A stretch of 64,000 bases of DNA, taken from positions 18,166,001 to 18,230,000 of the forward strand of contig CM022679.1 in the NCBI GenBank assembly GCA_012295275.1. Direction: 5' to 3'. Positions 39,293 through 50,970 of the stretch are shown piece by piece (within the stretch, counting starts at the first letter, position 1; each line of letters opens with the position of its first letter). Made by a program: the position numbers and the translations under genes. This DNA comes from Chrysomallon squamiferum. Taxonomy: Eukaryota; Animalia; Mollusca. The notes below the pieces were generated by a model. That model saw only the letters and a list, made by a program, of their open reading frames with translations, had not been told where the DNA came from and did not search any database.

Positions 39293-41449
39293 TAAAGCCA
39301 AATAATAGGTTTAATAAATGATACTTTTAAAACAGTAATAAAAAATATACATAATATTTTCTCCTGGAAAGCAGCAAAGTAAATAATAATATGAGAAACT
39401 CATTACTGATGTTTGAAGCATAAAGTAAAATATTTCTGAGTGATCAACATTTTTAATTGTTATTATGAGAACATGAAAAGTCATTGTTGATAATTACTAA
39501 TTTTTGTTTTGTTATAATATCAGACTGTATATAACAGACTAAATGGTAGGTTTTTTTTTGCATGTTCAGTTGTTATTTTTTAATGTATAACATAATTATT
39601 ATATTCAAAATGATAAAACTGAAGACCATCTGTTACATGGAATAGAAAAAAAACTTATGGTGACATTTTAGATATTTGTTACTCCCTATTTCATTAATTT
39701 TCTTCATTGAATAAATGCTCTGACACTATGAAATATATGTTATTACGTTTCACATAAAAATAAATATATTAATAAATTCATTTGCAGTGTATGTGATAGT
39801 CCAAAAAATATATTTCACAATATGATAGTAATAAAATACAATGCATAAAACTGCTATAAATACAACTACAAAAAATCTATTTCTTAAAAAATTAATTGTG
39901 AATGGAATCTGAATATTTTCTCTTTGTTTTAGAAGGATAGTTGATTTTCAATAAAATGTTAATCAGTATTTTTTATTACAGATTAGTGTGAGTTCACAAA
40001 GTCATTACTTTATAATGATAGGTAGCTTTGTGTCCATCTTTAAAGAAGGCTGTCTAAGTTGTGTCTAGTAAAACGGCTATAATTTTCAACCAAAATTTAC
40101 CTATGATCATGGTTAAAAATTAACTTTATTTTCTTTCAAAACTACTACTATTATACAATGGCCAGTTTGGTATCTATATAATTTTCTATATAATGCCCAT
40201 AAAACCTACTCAGCTATGAATAAAAATTATCTAAATAATTACATAATAGTATGAACAGATTCTGAATCAAATTCTGAATATAGAGCTCATCTGCAAAACT
40301 GAAAACTGTTTATTTTCTGTCTAGCAGCAGCTTTTGCTATATTTTTTTGAAAACTGGCCTGAAGACGTTTTAAAATGATAGAAAACAAAATATGAAAAAA
40401 AAAGTCCAAATGTTTTGTTTTTTATCTTAATCTGATTAAATCCAAATACAAATTAAGTATCAATAAATATACATAAGCCTTTGTGGAATTTTAGATTAGA
40501 ATCCATATTCTATTGTGTGTTACTAGATATATCTGGCCAAAAATTATACAGCTGTACTGATATCTACTGCTTTGGACAAAATTCAGATAGCACAGCTGAC
40601 CACAAAACTACGAATTCGAAATGTCCATCAACTGATTTCCAATACTTCAAACACTGGACTAACTAAAAATTCAAACTGAATCTATTTGCCAATCAGGGAC
40701 CCAAATTTGATCTTGTTCATGGCCAACATTCTATTTAAATGCATTCAGTAGCAATGCTAACATTTTTTTTTTTTTTTTCTTTAATCACAAGATCTTCCAC
40801 AGCAGAAAAAAATTAAAATTAAAAAATTAAAAATTAAAATAAATAATAATAATAAAAAATAAAACCAATTAAAAATTAAATAATAATAATAATAATGAAG
40901 ATACCTAAAAAACTGACAACGTTATTGGATTTCAAAGATGTCAAATACAAAGTCCGAATATATTATATAATCATTACGGGAAAACATTTTTTGAAAAAGC
41001 CTAAAGGTAAGACATAAGTTTAAAAAAAAAAAAAAGAAAGAAAAAAAAAGGATATTTTTAAAAATAAAATTTGGAGGGTTTATTCGATAGTTTTCTGTTC
41101 AAAGACAGACGTAACGAATTAACAATTGTTTTGATATGTGTGATTGTTCCGAGTAAGCGTTGCTGTTCTTGAATAAGTAATTATTTATTTATTATTTACT
41201 TATTATATATATCATTATATGTGTGTGTAATTTTGATGTCCATCTGCAGAGTGGTTGTTTTTCATGGATTGAACACTACCCGCTTTCACTTAGGTATACT
41301 TATAGTTATAATATTATTATATAAAAGTTAAAATGCTAAAATGACTTTATTATAAACTTTATATCAATGTTTTATCATGTAATTATATGTTCTTTCAGGA
41401 CCAGATAACAATCAGGCCAATTCTATACAACCATCGTACTTTCTGACAG

Positions 41450-41770
41450 CGAAATGCAGCAGCACCAAACCACTCCCTGACCGTGAAACACTATTTTTAT
41501 TTCACTTGATTTCTTACATTGCGCGTGCGCATTCAGATAACGGATATTTTGATTCCTGATTTTATATTTTCTAGCACCGGAAACCATACCTAGAAAACGA
41601 AGATGTTTTATGCTTGTGGAGTCACATATTTTATTTTGTGACCTTTGCAGAATATGTTTATTTTTATTTTTAGACGTTTCATTAAAAAAAAAAAATAATA
41701 ATAATAATAATAAAATAAATTAAAATAAATAAAAAAATTCCAAAAACATAAAGACATAGTTTGGTAAGTC
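41450..41770 (+). promoter_or_regulatory. Candidate promoter and non-coding first exon of NHA paralog 2
   Basis: CpG-containing patch with NRF1-like TGCGCGTGCGCA (41520-41531) and ETS-like ACCGGAAA (~41576), followed by a consensus donor G|GTAAGT (~41764). The paralog 2 ATG exon begins with an acceptor at 53970, so an upstream exon is expected. Confidence 0.4.
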
Positions 41771-41818
41771 AAAATTTTGTAACATTTTATTTATTTGTTT
41801 ATTTTAATGTTTGTTTAT

Positions 41819-41871
<53 letters not shown>

Positions 41872-42147
41872 CAACTTATTGTGTAAATTAACCATACCCT
41901 GTAACTTCTTTGCTGACATTGGTGATGAATGGTCTCGGATCAGTAGAATACATGTATCATATCAGTAGGTATGTGGATAAATTTTTCAAACCCCACTAAT
42001 CTGAAAATAAATAAGACAGTTGGGTAGAGCTTGTAAACCACTTTAAAATGATACCAAGATCAAGTGAATATGTAAAAAATTAAGGAAGTAGCAGCAATTT
42101 TAAACCCCCGAAAAAGCAATTTTTTTCGTCCGATTAAACGCTATATA

Positions 42148-45100
42148 TAGGTATGTGCAGATACTCGCGATTAGCGGCTGCGGTTTCTTACCAATTAGCT
42201 GTTCCACAGAAATCGTGTTTTGCATGAGGGGGGGCACCGTTTGTTCGCTTTTCATTGGATCGTGTTATATTCTTTCCTTGGGATTTCTGCACACAAACTC
42301 AGACGGGATATTGATAAATGCTCACGATTTCTAATATTTTGATTCCGTGGAGTTTTTCTGTGCCTACGCTGCCTTTTAGAAAATTACGAATTTTCAACAC
42401 GCTTGAACCACTAAAACCAGCTACTGGACACGAACGAAAGGTAAGTAGACATTAACTTTGGTTTTTTATCTTATTGTCTTTAAAATTTTATCAAAAGTTA
42501 TGGTTTTTTTAAATTGTTATGATTGCCTCGTGAAATATGGTATTTTGGTCATTTCGGTGTTCGATCGCCATCGTGACACTTTTACAGAATTTTCAACATG
42601 CTACAATAACTAAAACCGGTTACGTGACACGAATGAAAAGTAGCTGGACATAATAATTAGTTTTTTATATTATTGTCTTTAAAATTTTATCAAAATGGTT
42701 GGACGCATTCAACTGTTATGATCGCCTCGTCAAAAATGGTCTGTTGGTCATTTTGGTGTTCGGTCGCCATCTTGAAACTTTTACGGAATTTTCAACATGC
42801 TACAATAACCGGTTACTGGACACGAACGAAAAGTAGCTGGACATAATAATTAGTTTTTTATCTTACTGTCTTTAAAATTTTATCAAAAGTTATGGTTTTT
42901 TTAAATTGTTATGATCGCCTCGTGAAATATGGTCTGTGTAATTTCGGTTTTCGATCGCCATCTTGAAACTTTTACGGAATTTTCAACATGCTACAATAAC
43001 TAAAACCGGTTATGTGACACGAATGAAAAGTAGCTGGACATAATAATTAGTTTTTTATATTATTGTCTTTAAAATTTTATCAAAATGCTTGGACGCATTC
43101 AACTGTTATGATCGCCTCGTCAAAAATGGTCTGTTGGTCATTTTGGTGTTCGGTCGCCATCTTGAAACTTTTACGGAATTTTCAACATGCTACAATAACC
43201 GGTTACTGGACACAAACGAAAAGTAGCTGGACATAATAATTAGTTTTTTATCTTACTGTCTTTAAAATTTTATCAAAAGTTATGGTTGCATTCAATTGTT
43301 ATGATCGCCTCGTGAAATATGGTCTGTGTAATTTCGGTTTTCGATCGCCATCTTGAAACTTTTACTTACGGAATTTTCAACATGCTACAATAACTAAAAC
43401 CGGTTATGTGACACGAATGAAAAGAAGCTGGACATAATAATTAGTTTTATTATCTTTGAAATTTTATGAAGCAGCTTCGAGGCTCTTAATTGTAATTTTT
43501 ACCTCGTGAAATATGGTTTGTTGGCGTTATATCGCCAGTTTGAGTTTCTGTTTTTTTCTTCAAAATTACGAATGTTCAACATGCTACAGTCACTAAAACC
43601 GGTTACATGAGACGAATGAAAAGTAGTTTTTTTTATCTAATTGTCTTTGAAATTTTGTCAAGCAGCTGAAAGCATGCTAACTAGTAAATCTAATCTTTAT
43701 CTCGTCAAGCATGGTTATTTCGACGTTAGATCGCCGAAGTGAAAGTGTCATGGCAGACCAAACTTCCTGTATAAGGACTTACGTTTGAGAATGGATTATG
43801 CTGACTTAATACTTATTCTTCTTAAATTATCTTACATAAGAATGATGGACAAATATGTTCCTAACAATATATTGGTATTTTCATCCATAATTGTCTCAAA
43901 TCTCAAGATGTTTTAGGATTTTAAAATCATAAAGTTGACCAAACAATTATAATTTCTAAACACCAAATCAAATAAGCACTTGCTATTGTATTCTGTGTGG
44001 ATTTAATTTGTATTGGTCATTCAAATTTTGCATTTCTTTTCATATAATGTTGTTTTTTTTTTCCACAGTTCCTGCAACAGATGAGTTTTTGAAAGGACAC
44101 GTGCTTTATATTTACACTAGCTGTGGTAACAGTCGAGCAACAACAGTTAGTGAATTATGTAGTCATTTTTTCACTAACTCCTACCCCTGTGTTGAGACTT
44201 TCTGATGAAGTGAAGAAAGTTGTGTACCAGTTCGATAAGTTTCGAAATCTGGCTTATGCTGTACAATTTACCAAATTTATGTGTTTATGTTCAGAAATTT
44301 TTTTATTGATTGAAAGCTGTAATCTTGAGGATGTACCCGGAAAACAAGATGAGCCCCAGCCTGGACCGAGTTGCAACCCACAATACGTTACTGCTTCCCC
44401 AGAACCACACAATCTATTGGATAGCAGTTCACTCTGTGGAGAAGATTCAGAGGAACCTGCTATTCCAATATTGACAAAACCACCCATGAAAACCAGACAA
44501 ACAAAAAAATGCCTTTCATGCAAGTTATTAAATAACTCCTTAACAAATATGAGACTAAAACAGCTACAGCTTCAAAGGTCTACACACTTTGCAATCCGAG
44601 ATGTGAGAGCACAGCAAAAGAAAAATAATATTTAATTTTGAATTCTAGTAGATTTTATGTACAGTTAGAAAGGTCAATTTGTCGAATATTTCAAATATCA
44701 TTTTTAATAAAATATTGTGTATACATGCGTGCTTGCGTTTTAATTTTAAAATGTGCTAGAAAGATCTGGCGCTGTTGAAAATGATTATATTTCTATAATC
44801 TATGTTGATTATATTTTTAATAGCTTGTAGGATGCATGTTTTATTGGATGTTGTGACTTTTACTAAATATAATATGTATTCGTTCTGAAATAAACGAATT
44901 AATATTGTTTTGCCGATTACTAGCATTTGATGTTAACTATAATCCTCTGCAATACATAAACTCGTATAATCCTTGGAGTCGACTCCAGAAAGGTGTTGCC
45001 GGTCTTTATTAGGAGCAATACAATGTGTATGTAATCATGACAATTAAAGACACAGGTATTGTAACTGTCATTTGAAGCAGACAAAAGAATTTTCTTGGCT

Positions 45101-46529
45101 TTGTGTTCGTACTTCCTGTGCTTTGACAGCAAACAAAAGATACCTATCAATGTATCATGTGACCATCGCTGATGTTTTCTCTGATGGAGCAAATCAGCAC
45201 TTGATGCAAAAAATAGCCTAAGTTTTGATCAATTTATGGTTTTATGATTAAAAAAAAATAGTGATAACATTCTATCACTACCTCTGGTACATAAATTCAT
45301 GTTGTTTATATTTTAATAACCTACTGGCTGTATCATTGTATGTTTTTCTTCAATGTTCCTATTTTTAGCTTATTCATTGTAGCACGTGCGTTGCGAGATC
45401 GCCGTGCATTGTTTCCTACCTAGTCAAGTCACCGAAGACTTTATGTGCAACTACAAATAACTGGTGCTATTTTAAATGATTATATTTCTATAATCTGTGT
45501 TGATTATATTTTTAATAACTTGTATAATGCATGTTTTATTATATGTTATGACTTTTACTGAATATAATTATAATATGAATACGTTCTGAAATAAACAAAT
45601 TAATGTTTATCTATAATCCTCTGCAATACATAAACTCGTATAATAAATTGGAGTCTACTCCAGAAAGGTATTGCCGGTCTTAATTAGGAGCAGTACATTG
45701 TGTATGTAATCATGACACTAAAGACAGGTATGATAAGTGTCATTTGAAGCAGACAATAGAATTTTCATGGCTTTGTGTTTGTACTTCCTGTGATTTGACA
45801 GCAAACAAAAGGTACCTATCAATGTATCATGTGACCATTGTTAATGTTTTTTCTCTGATGGAGCAAATCAAAATTTGAAGCAAAAATAGCCTAAGTTTTA
45901 AAACTGAACACTTTATGATTTATCAGTTTATGGTTTTACGATTAAAAAGAAAAAGTTGTACGTTTCGTATTTAATATTCTATGAATACCTCTGGTAGTTA
46001 GATTCACAGAATACATTCATTGTACTGTTTTGTAGTACAGTTTGTTATGTTTATGATTTTTAATTCGCTATTTATCGCAAGAATTTTTAAAGCAAAACAC
46101 GAAGTTAGTTTATTTCTGATCGTATTCATATTATAATGTATATACTTTAGAAATCCGAACACTGGAGAAAACTATGCATCCCAAAAGTTACTAAAAATTA
46201 AAACATAGCTTCTATCATTTTAAATAGCAGAGGTTCTTTTATATGTTTGTTACTCTTTTTTTCTTACTTTCTTCTTTTTTTTTTTTTTTTTTAATTTTAG
46301 GCAAGCAATATACATTTGTGGACATAACTTTTGTTATAAATTTACACGCCATTGGTATTAATAGCGACGACATGTACGATGTTAGAAATATCGAACTTTG
46401 ACCTTCCTGGGTGCTAAAAATAGCCTTGCTAAAAATAGTCGGTGTTGAGCAAAGGCGACACCGCCTTCAGATGAGCGCTTCGTAGAGCGACACCGCTTTA
46501 GCTTTAGGGATGTTCACAAAGTTCGCTTA
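42148..46529 (+). repeat. Left arm of the giant inverted repeat (~4.38 kb)
   Basis: Near-identical reverse complement of 46866-51211 along its whole length, including mirrored ORFs 44920-45192/48172-48444 and 44254-44523/48841-49110. Confidence 0.97.
42390..43740 (+). repeat. Tandem array of ~7 units of 191-199 bp with alternating A/B subunits
   Basis: The TTTTCAAC anchor recurs at 42391, 42590, 42789, 42980, 43179, 43374 and 43573 (last copy degenerate). Confidence 0.92.
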
Positions 46530-48728
46530 CCCCCACCACGTTTAACACTCTCATACAAACTACTGATTTAACACATAACAAAAACAACATCACCATTTAA
46601 AAGAGCGCATATTAATCTGTATTTGAGTGTAATTGTTTTTCATGTTAAATTTTACAGAAGGGATTTGGGAGGGGCGGGAAATGGACAAAATTGGCACTTT
46701 TTCCACTTACGTTTGTTAGGCTGCTGGTATCTTAATTAATAACTTCTTTTTAATTTTTACGAATATAATCGATAGCAGAGATTGGCATTGGTCTTCTCTG
46801 AAAATTTCATCAAGAAAGCTTGATTATTAACAAAGATAGATGGGAAAATGTTAAAATATTACTACTAAGCGAACTTTGTGAACATCCCTAAAGCTAAAGC
46901 CTTTGCTCAACACCGACTATTTTTAGCAAGGCTATTTTTAGCACCCAGGAAGGTCAAAGTTCGATATTTCTAACATCGTACATGTCGTCGCTATTAATAC
47001 CAATGGCGTGTAAATTTATAACAAAAGTTATGTCCACAAATGTATATTGCTTGCCTAAAATTAAAAAAAAAAAAAAAAAGTAAGAAAGTAAGAAAAAAAG
47101 AGTAACAAACATATAAAAGAACCTCTGCTATTTAAAATGATAGAAGCTATGTTTTAATTTTTAGTAACTTTTGGGATGCATAGTTTTCTCCAGTGTTCGG
47201 ATTTCTAAAGTATATACATTATAATATGAATACGATCAGAAATAAACTAACTTCGTGTTTTGCTTTAAAAATTCTTGCGATAAATAGCGAATTAAAAATC
47301 ATAAACATAACAAACTGTACTACAAAACAGTACAATGAATGTATTCTGTGAATCTAACTACCAGATTCACAGAACAGAGGTATTCATAGAATATTAAATA
47401 CGAAACGTACAACTTTTTCTTTTTAATCGTAAAACCATAAACTGATAAATCATAAAGTGTTCAGTTTTAAAACTTAGGCTATTTTTGCTTCAAATTTTGA
47501 TTTGCTCCATCAGAGAAAACATTAACAATGGTCACATGATACATTGATAGGTACCTTTTGTTTGCTGTCAAATCACAGGAAGTACAAACACAAAGCCATG
47601 AAAATTCTATTGTCTGCTTCAAATGACACTTATCATACCTGTCTTTAGTGTCATGATTACATACACAATGTACTGCTCCTAATTAAGACCGGCAATACCT
47701 TTCTGGAGTAGACTCCAATATATTATACGAGTTTATGTATTGCAGAGGATTATAGATAAACATTAATTTGTTTATTTCAGAACGTATTCATATTATAATT
47801 ATATTCAGTAAAAGTCATAACATATAATAAAACATGCATTATACAAGTTATTAAAAATATAATCAACACAGATTATAGAAATATAATCATTTAAAATAGC
47901 ACCAGTTATTTGTAGTTGCACATAAAGTCTTCGGTGACTTGACTAGGTAGGAAACAATGCACGGCGATCTCGCAACGCACGTGCTACAATGAATAAGCTA
48001 AAAATAGGAACATTGAAGAAAAACATACAATGATACAGCCAGTAGGTTATTAAAATATAAACAACATGAATTTATGTACCAGAGGTAGTGATAGAATGTT
48101 ATCACTATTTTTTTTTAATCATAAAACCATAAATTGATAAAACTTAGGCTATTTTTGCATCAAGTGCTGATTTGCTCCATCAGAGAAAACATCAGCGATG
48201 GTCACATGATACATTGATAGGTATATTTTGTTTGCTGTCAAAGCACAGGAAGTACGAACACAAAGCCAAGAAAATTCTTTTGTCTGCTTCAAATGACAGT
48301 TACAATACCTGTGTCTTTAATTGTCATGATTACATACACATTGTATTGCTCCTAATAAAGACCGGCAACACCTTTCTGGAGTCGACTCCAAGGATTATAC
48401 GAGTTTATGTATTGCAGAGGATTATAGTTAACATCAAATGCTAGTAATCGGCAAAACAATATTAATTCGTTTATTTCAGAACGAATACATATTATATTTA
48501 GTAAAAGTCACAACATCCAATAAAACATGCATCCTACAAGCTATTAAAAATATAATCAACATAGATTATAGAAATATAATCATTTTCAACAGCGCCAGAT
48601 CTTTCTAGCACATTTTAAAATTAAAACGCAAGCACACATGTATACACAATATTTTATTAAAAATGATATTTGAAATATTCGACAAATTGACGTTTCTAAC
48701 TGTACATAAAATCTACTAGAATTCAAAA

Positions 48729-49355
48729 TTAAATATTATTTTTCTTTTGCTGTGCTCTCACATCTCGGATTGCAATGTGTGTAGACCTTTGAAGCTGTAG
48801 CTGTTTTAGTCTCATATTTGTTAAGGAGTTATTTAATAACTTGCATGAAAGGCATTTTTTTGTTTGTCTGGTTTTCATGGGTGGTTTTGTCAATATTGGA
48901 ATAGCAGGTTCCTCTGAATCTTCTCCACAGAGTGAACTGCTATCCAATAGATTGTGTGGTTCTGGGGAAGCAGTAACGTATTGTGGGTTGCAACTCGGTC
49001 CAGGCTGGGGCTCATCTTGTTTTCCGGGTACATCCTCAAGATTACAGCTTTCCATCAATAAAAAAATTTCTGAACATAAACACATAAATTTGGTAAATTG
49101 TACAGCATAAGCCAGATTTCGAAACTTATCGAACTGGTACACAACTTTCTTCACTTCATCAGAAAGTCTCAACACAGGGGTAGGAGTTAGTGAAAAATGA
49201 CTACATAATTCACTAACTGTTGTTGCTCGACTGTTACCACAGCTAGTGTAAATATAAAGCACGTGTCCTTTCAAAAACTCATCTGTTGCAGGAACTGTGG
49301 AAAAACAAAACAACATTATATGAAAAGAAATGCAAAATTTGAATGACCAATACAA
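48729..49355 (-). other. Element-borne ORF of unknown function (208 codons), possibly a truncated transposase N-terminus or accessory protein; frameshifted in the left arm (44008-44635)
   Basis: Contains EPQPGPS, an acidic/Pro-rich linker, then CLSC and a coiled-coil-like segment. The left-arm copy has one extra T in a homopolymer near 44166-44171 that splits the frame. No catalytic DDE motif is visible. Confidence 0.4.
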
Positions 49356-49619
49356 ATTAAATCCACACAGAATACAATAGCAAGTGCTTATTTGATTTGG
49401 TGTTTAGAAATTATAATTGTTTGGTCAACTTTATGATTTTAAAATCCTAAAACATCTTGAGATTTGAGACAATTATGGATGAAAATACCAATATATTGTT
49501 AGGAACATATTTGTCCATCATTCTTATGTAAGATAATTTAAGAAGAATAAGTATTAAGTCAGCATAATCCATTCTCAAACGTAAGTCCTTATACAGGAAG
49601 TTTGGTCTGCCATGACACT

Positions 49620-50970
49620 TTCACTTCGGCGATCTAACGTCGAAATAACCATGCTTGACGAGATAAAGATTAGATTTACTAGTTAGCATGCTTGCAGCTG
49701 CTTGACAAAATTTCAAAGACAATTAGATAAAAAACTACTTTTCATTCGTCTCATGTAACCGGTTTTAGTGACTGTAGCATGTTGAACATTCGTAATTTTG
49801 AAGAAAAAAACAGAAACTCAAACTGGCGATATAACGCCAACAAACCATATTTCACGAGGTAAAAATTACAATTAAGAGCCTCGAAGCTGCTTCATAAAAT
49901 TTCAAAGATAATAAAACTAATTATTATGTCCAGCTTCTTTTCATTCGTGTCACATAACCGGTTTTAGTTATTGTAGCATGTTGAAAATTCCGTAAGTAAA
50001 AGTTTCAAGATGGCGATCGAAAACCGAAATTACACAGACCATATTTCACGAGGCGATCATAACAATTGAATGCAACCATAACTTTTGATAAAATTTTAAA
50101 GACAGTAAGATAAAAAACTAATTATTATGTCCAGCTACTTTTCGTTTGTGTCCAGTAACCGGTTATTGTAGCATGTTGAAAATTCCGTAAAAGTTTCAAG
50201 ATGGCGACCGAACACCAAAATGACCAACAGACCATTTTTGACGAGGCGATCATAACAGTTGAATGCGTCCAAGCATTTTGATAAAATTTTAAAGACAATA
50301 ATATAAAAAACTAATTATTATGTCCAGCTACTTTTCATTCGTGTCACATAACCGGTTTTAGTTATTGTAGCATGTTGAAAATTCCGTAAAAGTTTCAAGA
50401 TGGCGATCGAAAACCGAAATTACACAGACCATATTTCACGAGGCGATCATAACAATTTAAAAAAACCATAACTTTTGATAAAATTTTAAAGACAGTAAGA
50501 TAAAAAACTAATTATTATGTCCAGCTACTTTTCGTTCGTGTCCAGTAACCGGTTATTGTAGCATGTTGAAAATTCCGTAAAAGTTTCAAGATGGCGACCG
50601 AACACCAAAATGACCAACAGACCATTTTTGACGAGGCGATCATAACAGTTGAATGCGTCCAAGCATTTTGATAAAATTTTAAAGACAATAATATAAAAAA
50701 CTAATTATTATGTCCAGCTACTTTTCATTCGTGTCACGTAACCGGTTTTAGTTATTGTAGCATGTTGAAAATTCTGTAAAAGTGTCACGATGGCGATCGA
50801 ACACCGAAATGACCAAAATACCATATTTCACGAGGCAATCATAACAATTTAAAAAACCATAACTTTTGATAAAATTTTAAAGACAATAAGATAAAAAACC
50901 AAAGTTAATGTCTACTTACCTTTCGTTCGTGTCCAGTAGCTGGTTTTAGTGGTTCAAGCGTGTTGAAAAT
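49620..50970 (-). repeat. Mirror copy of the ~195-bp tandem array
   Basis: Reverse complement of 42390-43740. Confidence 0.92.

Noticed and set aside
42390-43740. Regularly spaced repeats as a CRISPR-like array
   Set aside because: Whole ~195-bp units are repeated with no unique spacers, the context is eukaryotic, and no cas genes are present.
44920-45192. 90-aa ORF identical in both arms (also 48172-48444)
   Set aside because: The identity reflects the recent arm duplication. It has a non-ATG start, no recognisable domain, and the older internal duplicate does not clearly preserve it.
42080-46735. Kolobok/piggyBac-like element bounded by TTAA (TTAAGGAAGTAGCAGC ... GCTGCTGGTATCTTAA)
   Set aside because: The putative TIR is only partly matched and element-like sequence continues beyond both TTAA sites. 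The TAGGTATGTG ends with an exact 7-bp TSD explain the boundaries better.
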